A stretch of DNA of 62,932 bases, the filler included, from Sluysia triapertura (lineage: Eukaryota), in NCBI GenBank assembly GCA_046118255.1. It is 5 parts of 5 records of this genome, joined end to end, with 100 filler letters (N's around TTAATTAATTAA, not from the genome) between each part and the next. Parts side by side here need not be neighbours in the genome. Positions count along the whole stretch, not along the records: positions 26,374 to 38,696 come from JBJNIA010119417.1; positions 38,797 to 50,701 come from JBJNIA010157824.1; 3 more parts are not named here. One strand, 5' to 3'. The notes under the pieces are model-generated. The model saw only the letters and a list, made by a program, of their open reading frames with translations, had not been told where the DNA came from and ran no database searches. A program made the position numbers and the translations under genes. Of this stretch, positions 28,258 through 41,900 are shown one piece after another (position 1 is the first letter of the stretch; the number at the start of each line of letters is the position of its first letter).

Positions 28258-31200
28258 AATTCAATAAATTAAACTAGCCGAATTATGGTCTAGCTTCTAA
28301 AAAATTGTATAAGCCAGCGATTTATTATGGTCTAGAGTACTAGTAAAAATAATTTAATAAGGTTTGACGTTGAGCTAGCCTTTTTAAGGTCTAGCAAATA
28401 AACTAGTATTTTAAACTTACAAGAAAAGTAAAAACGTAAAATTTATTAAATATAATACTCAACTTTTAACAATTACTTATTAGACACTATAAACAATTCT
28501 TAAATATAATAAATAATGATAATATCAATAACTATTTTAATCACTTAAGGAAGGAGCTACCTTAGCAATGTTTTAGATGTTGAAAGAAAGTTAAACTAGC
28601 CGTTAAGGTCTAGCGTTCAATTTAGTATTTTAAGTATATTTTAATTCTTCCCTTAAGATAAGAATTAAAACTTAGACAAAATTAAATTACTTTTGCATGG
28701 ATCTTCGAAACATAAAATTGACGACTGGTTACTACATTAAAAACTCAGCCACTTATATAGCTAAATTTTCATTGTGGCAGCCATGTTGAAAATCAATATT
28801 AGTATTTATTTTAATATTTATTTGATTTAGAAAAACAAAACCAAATAAAAATTCTTTAATACAAAGGCACATTGTAGTAAGTTCAACCCCACAATAACAT
28901 ACATTAACCTTAAAGTATATCAACAAATTACATACACCAATCAAAACTCAAATTTTCAATACAAACATCTTTACACACGCACATATTAACAAATTATCTC
29001 TCTCGGATTACACATTTTCTACAATAAATGTTATTGTTTCATCATAACTTATTTTTATTGCTTTGTCACTGTTGTCATTATCCTATTCTATTTTTATTAT
29101 TTGTACTATTTTATTATCTTATTTTTATTATTATGATCTTATGTATTATATTATTATGTCAAATTATGCCGATTCTTTTTTTTCAAATAATGTCGAAGAA
29201 AACGTAAATAAACAAATAGTTATATATCATTTTGGTTTCTGCAATTTTATGAAATACTACGTACAACATAAATATTATGTGTCTTTATATTCTGGACATC
29301 AATTTTTGTTCTGAAATTTTATCATTTCCAAGTCATTCAAAATCAATAAATTGTTGATAAATAAAAATTAAAGTAACGAAATCATGGTTTCTGTGCAACA
29401 TTGTTTTTGTTACTAAAAACAAAATCAAAAATTATAACGAACTGTTCTTATGAAACGGTTATAAGAGCTTCGCATGAAAACATTGTATCTATCATTAAAT
29501 TTTCATAAACGAGAAGGTGAAACTCTAAATGTAACAATGAGTATTATTAAATGCATGCAGCATTATATTTATGAATATGGGCCGAACTACGTCGTCTATA
29601 GCTATATTTAATAGGATCGTGGTTCTAATATGAGTACCAAATGATATTAATACTGATTTATTTGTAATTAGTGATATAACAAGACGGTATAATATCGAAA
29701 ATTTCTTTGAACTTAATTATAAATCGGTACTAATTTTTAAACCCTAAAAACAATACTCATCTCATTGTATCGGTAACAGTATAGTTAAATTAATAGATAA
29801 AAGCATTAATTTTCATAAAAGTCTTCATGATTTTTTTCGCCACCTGAAAACAGGCGGATATCACTATGTAACTTTAATGTTAAACCGACTAAATATATCT
29901 TATTAAACATAATAAAATCCCAGCAATACATAATACAAGTTGCCTTTTGTTTTTAAAAGCTGGTAATATAATTTTTATTCATTTTTATGATTGTAAATTC
30001 GATTTGAATTATTTTCCTATAACATGCAAACAATAATACTATTCTCATTTTTGATGTCATATCAGATGCTGCAACATGGCAATGTAATTAAGTATTATAT
30101 TGGAGAATCCTTAGTAGACGTACACATTCTAATGAATGAAAACATTGTTTGAATATATCCTATTCATTGTTTATTATGTTATAATAAAAACTTTGGTATT
30201 TTTTATTGTTTCATAAAGTTTATCAGCCCTGCTTTTATACACCATAAGCGTAAAAGTGGCATTAATTTTGCACGGCCCTAGGCCGGCACAATTTTGAAAC
30301 AAAATCCATTTAATAAAATTTAATCTTAATAAAACAATTAATGTTAACGAATCCTTAAACGCTGATATCTTAAAATAATTAATTTATAGGACTAATATAA
30401 ATTTTTTATTTTCCAAAACGTTGACAAAATATTGCTTTTCAATCTCATGTTTTTTAAAATATATAAGAATAAAAGAACAAAGTTAATTACATTCGGTTAG
30501 AGTCAGATGACGATCATGATTCGTCATTATTGATGGCACGAGAAATATTTGTAGTACCCTTGATAGATCTGAACAGCATTTTGAAGCTATTCCGAATTAA
30601 AATTTGGATTTGATAAATTGATGTTTTTGTGGATTCTATAATATTTATATGTTTGTCTCGGTTACTCCATTAAATAATTATAAAAATTTATTTGTTTTAC
30701 ATACTGTTTAATGTTGGATTGATTTGTCGTGCTTCTTCTGATCGTTCTTTTATGATACTCAGATTATCTGTTATTCTAATCAGATAATCGTCATACAAAT
30801 CATTGTATTTGTGTGATCTAGACGTTCGAATAATTGCAAAGAATTTGTATCATCTAAAACTAAATAAAATTAATATCAAAATTATAAAATATAATACTTG
30901 TGATCAGTAGGATTATTCAGTGAGACGTACTGTTTCTTCATCTTTTTTATCTGAAATTTTCCAATAATTTGTCAACCCTAAGTAGTGTTCAGTAGTCTCT
31001 CCATTTCGGCTATATCTCGGAGAGCTACTTGTTATTTTAAGTGTCATTGTAGAAAGAAGCTGTTAAACACTAACAAAATGATTTTCTAATTACACTAATT
31101 TATATACTAATTTTTTTAGTTGAAACTATCCAATTAGAAATTAGACTATGATATTTAATTTTTTTTCTATCACTTCAACGAATTTAAAGTTTTAAATTCC

Positions 31201-33575
31201 AAGTACAACTTTTCAAGCTACAAAAACTGTATTTCAAGTTGAAACATTCATTAGTTCCCAAGTTTAGTTGATAGCTTGATAAATTAATTGATTCATCAAT
31301 TTTGAATAAAACGTCACGATTGTATGCAATCATCAATTTTGATTCTGATTTCATCTCATATTTGTTATTGGTTTCTTAAATCCCAAAATTCTACATTAAC
31401 ATTTTGAAAACAATAATAAATGAATAATCATTTAATTTCCTAATCACTCTTTGGCTTCCATTAATTAAATTTTAAATGACATATATCATCTAAACATGAC
31501 ATTTGTAATTAATACTTACTAAAATGTCTTAAAATGACGCAATGATTTCTTTATACGTAATTATGTACAAAGAAAAAATTTTTATTTATTCATATTAACA
31601 AAGAAATTACCAAATTCTTTGTTCTACTTATATAAAACATATGTGGAATAGAAAATTTTTCTATTCATGTTTACACTAAATTTGTGCATTTACATTGTAT
31701 CATTTTTCAAATGACTCTATTTTACCAAAATCGCCACGTATATATTTGATACAGAATTAGTTAATTTTATCAATTCACTTATGAAAGATTAAACATATAT
31801 ATATTTCATTCATGTCAAATATATTTTTAAAAGGCGATGTAAGATATAAATTCAAGTCAGACTTAAAAATCTTGTTATCTCAAAACGAAAATCTAAACAA
31901 ATGCAACATGCCAAATATAATCCCAGAACTATCTTAAGTAAAATTTATAATATTTATGAATTGTATTTACGATGATAGTTCTTTTGTGTCGTATTTTTTC
32001 TTAGGTTTTTCCTATATTAACTTGTAAAGTCTTAGTATGTTAGGTAACTTTTGTATTCCTTATCACCTACAACTTAGTTTTATGAGTTCTTTACTCGTCT
32101 TCATTGTCAGAAATGGAATTGCTTGATGGTAAAGGTTATAAGCCTAATTAAATCTTGTTTTTTATATTTTTAAAACAACCTTGCTTTTATTTACCAAAAA
32201 AGAAACATTTATTACAAATGACGACAACAAAAATGTTTGTTAGCTTTGAACAAGTTCAAATTTATCATAAAAATTAGAAACAAAAGCAATATATAATAAT
32301 ATTTATAATAATCGATTGTAAATTATTTAGAATAATTAAATTACTTACAGTTATTTCTGCTAATGATATCTTGAATTGTGTCTTTATAGTAATATTCAAT
32401 GAACGATTCTGAAAATGTCTTCTCTATTGCGAGATTGTCTGGAAAATGTCTACTATTTATACTTTTTCTGAGTAATACAAATTCCACTAATAATAGTAAC
32501 AATTTTATAATCTACACAATAATTTTAATATCATTAGTAGACGTATATTTTATTTATATAATTTTATTAGTTTATCGTATAATAGATATAATTTATCATA
32601 TAAACTTACACAATTTGCATAAAATTTAGAGTCTTATAATGTATTTCTTTTGCTGCATTTTCGTACTAGATTTTAATTACCATATATTTTACTTAGTGGC
32701 TCACCATTTTTATCTGTTATTTTCAAGCATTCAAACATTCTCATTCCATTTGCTGAAAAGTGTATTTTAGCAGTCAACTATTATTGTTAATATTGTTAAT
32801 AATATTGTTAATACACTTACATAAAAGTTAATGGAAAAACCAATGTTAAGAATGTTAAGAAATATTTTACTCTGTGACGATTTTACCGTATCGGTATCAT
32901 AATTACTGGTATGGCAAAAAATAAAGATGGCGTACATATTAGATAGTTACAATGGCCAAGTTTTATATTTAGTTTTTTTGTTATTAATACATTGTTATTC
33001 AAAAAGTGTACTTCACTTATTTAGAGTTGTAGACGTGCAAGTAATATAAATTTATAAAATACTATCGCTCCTCTGTTGTATATAAACCAAAAATCCAAAG
33101 CAAATTTAATATATTTTATTCACATTCTAATAAAAAAATCTAATGCACATTAATCAACCAATCAGTTCGCTCAAAACTTGTGTCTACGTTAAACTACTAT
33201 TCTCTAAAATCTATGATTGTTCAGTCACGTCTTACATGGGTCGTCAATTCAAAGAGTACACAAATTTCTTCAGAAATGCACTCTTTGATTTAGTTGATTG
33301 TTGGAAAAATACATATATAAGGTCCATTTTATTGTATAACAGTACTGTCATACTCTTAATATGTTGTTTGGCCGTCTAGTTCGGATACTTATTGAAGGTT
33401 TCCTATAATTTCAAATTATGTTTATTTATTTCTGTTGCTAATGGTATTTTTTTATTAATTTCTTCTAAATGAAACTTTGTCGCCATTTTGGGCATTGCAC
33501 AGTAGGATTCAAAAGTAGTAATATATTTTCTATTTAAATATTATTATTTCTTTTTATTTTTATTATTATTTTCAG

Positions 33576-35872
33576 ATCATTAGATATAATAATAAAAAAT
33601 ATAAATCTTACAACAATGCCATTACTGCCTCTTGAGGTTAATCAATTAATTATGTTATATAGTCAAAATTGGTATGATATTTTCGAATTTATGATCGTGC
33701 GTCAATCAGAAAACACTATATATGATCTTTTGAATTTCTGCATAACTTCAACCTCGGATATTCTCGGTATCGTCGATCTTATACGTGAAAATATCAATGA
33801 CAGTAGCATAAATAAATCCGAATTTGCTAAAAACATAACAAATTTAATTATTCAAAGTGCAAAACTTGATAATACAAATGCATTCGAACGACTTCTATTA
33901 TTTTTGAATGTGAAGGAAATTAATTACGAAGATTCACCGAATATTCTATGCAAATTGATTATAGCTGGGAAAGAAGAAGTTTGTGGATTACTTTCTATTG
34001 AATATTTTACTATACATAAAGAGTGAGCCAGATGTTAGGGGACAATACCAAAAATGTTGGCTTAAGTATCTGTTCAGTTTATTTAAGGTATTATACCTAT
34101 GCACAACAATGTAATGGATAAAAGCGATACTTTTATTTACAAATCCTCAAATTCGATACATTCAAAACTCTGTTCTTTAACGATGAACACACTTTGTGAC
34201 AAAACTCCAGAGTAATTAAATGAAAGGCCTTGATTATTCTTTCTTTCAATTCTTCCAATGAACGTGGTTTAGTGCAGTACATAGCTTCCTTTATAAGGTC
34301 GGGCGATCTTAGGGGCCACTGGAGTCTTCCCGTCGGCATATCTAACGACTACTAAAAGTATCAGTCAACCACTTATAAGCCATGTTTCCATAATGTGCTG
34401 GTGCGCCATCATGCTTAAACTATCTTTCTTGAATATCGGGCCAATCTGAGACAGCCAAGTAGAACTTTCCACTTAAAATTGAATAATGTATGTGTCACTG
34501 ACCCCTAACTTCTGGTCCACTCTGTATTTTATTATAGATTTTGTAACTTTATAATAGGTTTTTTTGCTGTGGTAAAGCTCCTAATAGTGATAAATTAGCA
34601 CCTAAAATTTATGTGGGAGTATCTTAGGAAAATTTAAAAATTTACATTATTTTAACATTTTTTAGGATCTTTCATAATTATGCTTCACGGTGGGTTATTT
34701 TCTATACCATCTTGAAAAATTTAAATTCCTACTAGAGCAGCGGTTTAATATTGCACCCACTGTAAATATCTGTGTGAAGCAAATTTTTAAAAAAATATTT
34801 TTTAAAGAAATTTTTCTAGTTTTATAAATTTTTAAGTAATGTATAAAAGACAACTACATCTTATTAACAAATTACCAGTTATGTAGGGTACTTGTTATGA
34901 GAACATAAGCTAAAATATCAATTATTTGATTTTTCTATGATTCTTTTCTAAATCACAAACTCAATAATCTGAAACAATGAATCATACTCATTGATCCAAA
35001 TCGTAACTTCTTCTTTCCTAATAATGGTTTACAATTTAGACATGGAACTCGTTTAACAATAATTATAATAAGATTACTTCCAAGTCAAGTGTTTATTTTG
35101 CTGATTTGTCCAAAATTAAACAATTGATTATCGATTTATTTTGATCCCCAATTAAACTATTAAACTATTTGCATTGTTCTATGTTTGTATTTTATGTTCG
35201 TTTTGTATTCAGTTAGAATTCTTATACATCGTCCCCATTTAACCTCGGTACGTAACTATAGCGTTATGCGAAGATCCATTGTATGTCATATATACAAGAA
35301 TTTATTCGTATATTCATATTCATGGGTTTAATTTAATTTATAAAGTTATTTGTGTGATGATTTCCAAGATTTAACACATTGTTGTCATTTAGACTGGAGT
35401 CATAATATTAGTAATAAAACTAACGTGATTTTTATATCCTTTGATTAACAAAAAAATGTCTGATCAACAATGTGTTGACGTAATTGGGATGCATTATTAT
35501 TATGTTCTTTTTTAGTTATACGCTTTGTATTTTTAAAAAATAATTTCCACATCACAAGTTTCAATTTCATAAATCTTGTTATATTATTTTAGAAAATGTA
35601 TTGTCAATATTTCATATTAATGAATAATGTTCATTTTCCAGTATTCGTTAATGTTTTGTCAACAGTTAACACCAGAAGAAATGGTACTACTAATTAAACT
35701 CCCAGATGAAATAACCAAAGACTGTCCTCTTCATACGGCACTTGAGGAATCGTATTTCGAATTATTCAAAATGCTTGTACTTGAAGTAGATTCTGGTGAA
35801 CAATTCGAACAATTATCATCAAATAATTTAACGTGTACCGAAATACTATTACAAAAACGAGATCAATTAACG
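33576..35872 (+). CDS. Two exons (33576-33978, 35642-35872) of an ankyrin-repeat-containing protein, partial
   Basis: Phase-0 compatible GT-AG junction (LIIAGKEE|YSLMF); 'KDCPLHTALEESYFELFKMLV' is an ankyrin-repeat pattern. Confidence 0.65.
34019..34524 (-). mobile_element. Internally deleted Tc1/mariner-superfamily element within an intron
   Basis: TA-flanked imperfect TIRs (CAGAGTGGACCAGAAGTTAGGGG-like); transposase C-terminal motifs HDGAPAHY and WPLRSPDL. Confidence 0.85.
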
Positions 35873-35886
35873 GTAATAATAATAAT

Positions 35887-35927
<41 letters not shown>

Positions 35928-36099
35928 TACTAATTAATCTTCTAGTAATTTAATTGTGCATATTTGAAACGTATAACTTGTCTTTTTATTATGCATTATG
36001 TATAAATTATTATATCTTAAAAACACATACATTTTAGTTTCCACATTTTTATTATTTCCAAAAGATATTCAAATCTTCCATAATGTAAACATTTAGAAG

Positions 36100-37000
36100 T
36101 TAAGATAAATATTTCTTTAACTGACAAGTTATTCTTGCTGTTTGATTCAACAGTAATTTCAATTTTCGGATTTTTCTTTATGGAATTGAATACAATGTAT
36201 TATGTTATAATCTATATTGTTAGTTATCAATGTTTAAACAATTGATTTGCCGCCTCTTTATTAATAAATTTTTTCAATTGGTATTTTTCTATGCGTAGTA
36301 CTTTTAGTTTCACATCTAGAATCATATCATTTATTTTAATTGTTAAAAATTATGAATTCCGATTTTTCATAATATGTATTATAAACACTTTTGAGTTCTT
36401 ATTTCGTTGTAGATAATTGCTCTATATAAATTTTAATATGTTAACCATTTTATCAATTCAGTTATTCTGTTATTTAATTAATATTGTGAGTAATTTTAAA
36501 AAATTCTCTCCTTTTTTAAAAATTTCTTTAATATAGTACGTTCTTTGTCAAAATTTGACAGAAGAATATTTTTGAAATCATCATAGTTAACATTTAAATT
36601 TGATTGTGCTTCCGTATAATTTTTTAAGATCGAGATGATGAATGATCTTAAACTTTTGGTAACCATCCCTGCGAAGCTTTAAATTCGTCTACTCTGTGAA
36701 TTTCTGCAAATTTTAAATCTTTTTCAATCAATATTTTATTTGTCAATATTGCACCTTTACCCTCTAAATAATATACCAATAATGTATCTTCACATTTTTC
36801 AATAATCTTGGTTTTGTTCAATTGTTTTCTTAAATTTGAATGAAAATATATTCGCTATTCTCTGGTCTGAAAGTAAAGAATTTAACTCAATATATATATT
36901 TCAAAGTTTCAATTTTTTTCATCATCTGATAATTTTGTGTATCTTTCTCTTCTCATTACTGCGGCTCAAAAAAGTTATTTTAATTTATATAAATCAATTA
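36100..37000 (-). mobile_element. Second, more decayed Tigger/pogo transposase remnant
   Basis: Minus strand 'GKGAILTNKILIEKDLKFAEIHRVDEFKASQGWL' (CENP-B-type HTH region); boundaries approximate. Confidence 0.6.
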
Positions 37001-37304
37001 ATTACAATTTTGTAAATACGTTATTTTTAATATTAAATAAACAATTTTGAAGTTTTTCTGTCAATGTTTAAATTTACATAATTCGAAATCTAAAAATTTT
37101 TTGGCCAAAAGCAGAATTTGGCTAAATTTAGAGAGTTTCTATAGATTTTTAAAAAAAATTTCTATAAATAGGAGGGAAATATGTTTTCCATTGGCCTTCT
37201 TAATATTTGCTCATTATTGAATGTGTAACATATGTAATATTTTATATAATATACGAAATATTATGTATAATATACAAAATGTGATGTTCCAAATAGCTAT
37301 GTTC

Positions 37305-37615
37305 TATATCGCGAGAAATGACAGATATTTGGTGAAACTTTCTACGATGAATCGTAAAGCTACCAGTATGACTTTGCAGAAGAAGTTAGAGACTTGCGGA
37401 AACTTGTAGACAATGATTTGCGAGCGAGACGACCCAGAAGAAAGCCTAAGTTGACACCAGGGATGATCATTAAAAGGTTGGCATGGGCTAAGCAACACCA
37501 ACATTTAACTGAGGATGACTGGAGTCAAGTGTGTTTTAGTGACGAGTTGTCCTTTCAAGTATTGGATGACAAGACCACATTTGTAATGAGGAGTTTCACC
37601 GTGATTGTGTCATAG
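37305..37615 (+). mobile_element. Tc1 transposase fragment
   Basis: 'RNDRYLVKLSTMNRKATS' then 'LRARRPRRKPKLT...KRLAWAKQH...DDWSQVCFSDE' (Tc1/Tc3 HTH and first catalytic Asp), frameshifted. Confidence 0.85.
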
Positions 37616-38696
37616 AAACTCTTAAAGATCCTTGAAAAATGTTGAATTTTATCACAAAAATGGTCTTTAGTCTAATACAAAGAACACAGTTAAACGACGT
37701 GAATAATATTTTAGATCATCAGCATTATTGAATTATCTTATCAAGTATGACCTTGTCAAGTAAAATCAATAGAAGAATCTCAATATAAGTTACGATGATT
37801 ATGTATTTATTGAATTTTTATATTTGGACTAGATGGGATACTTAATAGCAAAAGAAAGATAAATCTGAATAATCGGAAAAGTAGCTTTAACATTGTAACT
37901 GATAAACCTAATGTTAATGATCATTTGGCTGACACTTGTGATGTTTTGAAGATCAAGTATTATGAAATAGAGATACACACTTAATTTTAATGAGTGGATG
38001 TAAGACTAGTAGTTCCTAGTTAGGTTTCATCACTCTGTCTGTAAACATTGTTACACATTGTTAAAATGAGATGTCTATTCTGAAAAATAAGAATTTAATT
38101 AAGAATATTGTTTATAATATTCAGGTCCAAGTGTTGTAATCGATAAAGTTAAGGTGTATATACAAACACAATTTATATTATAACAAATTAACAATACTAT
38201 TTAATAATTAAAACACGAATAAACTGTTATTTATTTATAGTTTCGATTAATTAATACATTTTTAATTAATACATTACATTTAGTTAAATAAATTTCGTTT
38301 CAAAAGTATGGGACACATTATAGAAACTTTTTATTTAAGAAACTATACAACGTATTGTACAAAATTAGTATTTTATTGATGTTTCTTAGTTCTTCAATAC
38401 CTCTACACACCTTTTTGTCATCGATTTAATTAATGTATATACACTTTTTATTTCAATATTTTCCCAAGCATCTAATATTGCATTTTTTTAACTCAGATAT
38501 ATTATTGTTGGGATTGCCCAACTTTGGATTAAGAGACGAGTAAAAGACATAGAATTACAAATAAAGGAAGAATTGATGAGAAGTAATAAATGAAGTATTA
38601 TAAACATCGTTGAAATAAAAATCATGAAAGAGAAAACATTTATAATAATCTTAACAGTTAAAGAATATCTTAGAGTTCCAAAGACCTATATAAGGG

Positions 38697-38796
38697 NNNN
38701 NNNNNNNNNNNNNNNNNNNNNNNNNNNNNNNNNNNNNNNNTTAATTAATTAANNNNNNNNNNNNNNNNNNNNNNNNNNNNNNNNNNNNNNNNNNNN
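38697..38796. other. Artificial contig-joining linker (left edge of phage contig)
   Basis: Same linker; sequence character and genetic code change abruptly across it. Confidence 0.97.
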
Positions 38797-39150
38797 TACT
38801 CCTGTTGTTGCAATATCAACAGAAACAATAGAATTAGTTAAATCGGTACTTGCACTATCTATAAAATGCCCATCAATTAATGCAATTAATTTCAACCCAT
38901 CATTAATAGAGGTTCCATAAACTCCAACACTTTGAATGTTTCTTAAATCAATGTTTGGTAATTTTAAGGCTGTAAAATCAATAGAAGAATAAAAACCATT
39001 TCTGGGAACTAAAGTATTTTGATAACTTAATTTAAAATTATTAATATTTTCTAATAGTTTTTTAGGAACACTATTTGGAGAAATATCACAATTAATTCCC
39101 GTACTTTCATTTAAAAAAGCAAAAGTAGAAAACCCACCATTATTTTTCAT
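38797..39150 (-). CDS. Putative tail nozzle / tail tubular protein B (P22 gp10-like), 5' part only, truncated by contig end
   Basis: ATG at 39150 after GGTGAG, overlapping the upstream stop. N-terminus 'FLNESTGINCDISPNSV...ENINNF...TLVPRNGF' fits the G.N...P...N...L..R.G pattern of podophage nozzle proteins; follows portal and adaptor. Confidence 0.55.
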
Positions 39151-39766
39151 TTTTCTCACCACCACTTCCACCAAAAAGGAATGTTCCAGTTGGGAAACTA
39201 CCTCCTGTTCCTAAATGGCCATAATCACCTAAAGATTGTTGCCCTTCAACAATCATCGGTGGTAATGCAAAGTAATTTCAATCAATTTGGCGTTTGTCGG
39301 CTGCTCCTATTACCCTTAATGCTTCCATAGTTTTTTGTTCTCAAATTACATAAAATTGCGTCATCATCATATTTAAATAAGATTGCGCCATTATAAAATT
39401 GAAAATGTAGTTATACAATAACCCTTTAGGAATTGGTCAATAAATATCACTAAAAGAAATATAAGGGGCATTTTTAGGTTGGGGGTTAATTTCTGATTTC
39501 ATCATAATTTGGGGAAAAATAGTGTTAAATTTTCCATTCATATAATTAATCGCTTCATTAAATCACACCACAAAGTTTTCTTGTTCTGGGGAAATATTAC
39601 TTACCGTCGCCATATCAGTATAAATATCGGCTGCCGAACAATATAAGTTAGGGTATTTTAAATAATTATACTTAATTACTTCTCAAGGGGTTTTAGTTGC
39701 TTCTGCTTGGGTGTTTTGATTAGCAGACAAGTTTTGATTTAAAAGATTGTTAAAATTATCGGCCAT
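39140..39766 (-). CDS. Putative head-tail adaptor (P22 gp4 / tail tubular protein A-like), 208 aa, code 4
   Basis: AGGAGG RBS, ATG overlapping portal end, open to TAA 39140 only if 5 TGA = Trp; absent from the supplied ORF track. MADNFNNLL...VVWFNEAINYM...WPIPKGLLYNYIFNFIMAQSY. The ORF is solid; function is inferred from the W.NEA motif, size and position. Confidence 0.6.
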
Positions 39767-41891
39767 AATTACCTCCTAATTGATTGTTAGGTTGATAGTT
39801 GTTATTCCCACTTGGTTGAGGGGGTTGTTTTTGATACCCTGTTCCCTCTTCTTCTTGTTGTCTTTGTTGCAACATTTGTTGTTGTTGGACTTGTTGTTGT
39901 TGGGCTTGAATACGATTTTCTAAAGCATTATAAATTTGAATACTTTCTTGTAAATTAACTTTTGCACTAATCATTCCGATTAATCATTGTTTAATGTTTT
40001 CTACATCGGGCATTGAACCTTGTTGTTGACCAAAAATATCAGTTCCTCCATTTGTTGCACAATTAATAATTTCTTTAGTAAAAATATCAATAAACAAAGT
40101 CGCCATTTGGGTTGCATTTTCTAAAGCAATATTTTCAAATTTTCTAATTCAAGGGGCTTTATTTTTCATAGAAGCCGTTTTAATTAATTCAATTTTTAAA
40201 CTATCACTTAAGTTTGGTAAAGAGTTTAGCATTTGGACTAATTGTTGTTGGACTTGATAATCATGGTATTTATCACCTAAATAAATTGGTTCTCCTAAAA
40301 ATTCCACCACCACATTATCAATTTTTTTTAACACGGAAACATCTAAACTAAATTCGGCAACTCCTAAACTTGTACTACTAATAGTTTTATAAGTAAGTTT
40401 TAAAATATTGTTTTTTTCTTTTAAATAATGAAATAATAATTTAGCCATTTTTTTCAAGAAAACTTTATCATTGTAAATAATAATATTATCAATAGTTAAT
40501 GCTGATTGGGTCGTCATTGCTAATGCATTAGGGGAGTTATTAGTTGTTGCTTGATTTCCCATATAAATAGAGTTCAAGTTAAACATTTGTTGAATTCTTT
40601 GCCCTAAAGAATTGATTTCGGCGGTTAACGCTTGAATTGTTGCAATTGGCGGTTCAGTTCATTTTAAAACTTCACTAATGTTTTTGTTATTTTTTAAAGA
40701 GATAGCAATAATTTGGCCCGGAATTGATAAGTCTTGTAATTTTCTATTAGTAGTAATTGCGTCTTCATCCGTTAAAAGGGTTGGAACACAAAAGTTAATA
40801 GAAATATAAGACTTAATCATTTCTAATAAATCTATTTGTTTTTGAGTAGATAAGGCTTTTAAAACGGGAGAATTCCCATAGAAATTTTTACTATCACTAA
40901 TACAATATGAACCAACAATTGGAAAATTATTATGTTTTAGTGAATAAACTTTATATTGTCCTAAATAATGTTCTTCAATTACAAGTTGTTTTTTAGTAAT
41001 GGGGTCAAAGACTTTCCGATAAAGAACACATAGGTCGGCTCTTCTTAAAACATCATCATTATTTAAAATTGGAGTATAGTATAATTTCACTTCATATCAA
41101 ATACGCATACCTTCAATAATAGAAGTTTGGGCTGCTTGTATATTATCATGTAAAAAATCTAATACTTTATGATTTACACCCACTAAATTCCGATAGTTTT
41201 GAATAATATTATGAGCATTTCCCCGTTTTACAATAAAAACATATTTAGCATCTTCAATACTGGTTGCTAATTTATCGGCATAAATATCGGTTGGGTCAAT
41301 TAATTCTAATTGGACGAAATCTTGTGATTGGAATAAATCGGTATTAGTTTTAGGTTCATTTTTAAAAGTAATTTTAGTAAAAGAACACCCATATTCAAAC
41401 ATTTTGCGTTTTCTTTTAACTTCAAAGTTATCAATTTCTAAAGCATTTTCAATACCGATATTGATAGTATCACTAATAGCAGCAAACACATTATTCCCAT
41501 CATCAATATCTCCCATTCCATTTGCAGAAACATTAATCTCTCCTGATTTTAAAATTGTATGGGCAATCTTTTGCTCTAAAATAGAGTTCAAAGTATTTGT
41601 ACTTGGAGTATTATATATTTTTGCAAATTTAGAAAAAGGGCTACTTTCATCAGGTTTTATTCCTTCTTCAATTACATAATTTCCCACTCTTGTATTATTG
41701 TTTTCAATGATATCTTGGGCATCGGCTCATTGTTTTTCTTTAATAACTCTTACAATCATCGCATCTAATAAATGTTGGAGGACTTCAGGAGGCATTTTTT
41801 CAAAGTCATCAGCATGAAAAACTTGTTTTTGTTTTTCAGCAAAAATTTTTCAATCTTCTTTGGTAATATTTTTTAATAAACTTTCTTTCAT
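39756..41891 (-). CDS. Portal protein, P22-like, 711 aa, code 4
   Basis: AAGGAGG RBS. Track ORFs 41097-41687, 40659-41090, 40149-40586 and 39756-39974 are one frame joined by 6 TGA. Motifs 'EYGCSFTKI', 'ELIDPTDIYADKLATSIEDAKYVF', 'FYGNSPVLKALSTQKQID' and a Gln-rich C-terminus; directly downstream of TerL. Confidence 0.8.
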
Positions 41892-41900
41892 ATACCCTCC

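Noticed and set aside
30500-31060. Possible minus-strand multi-exon gene
   Set aside because: Splice-like boundaries exist, but I could not build a stop-free, phase-consistent model.
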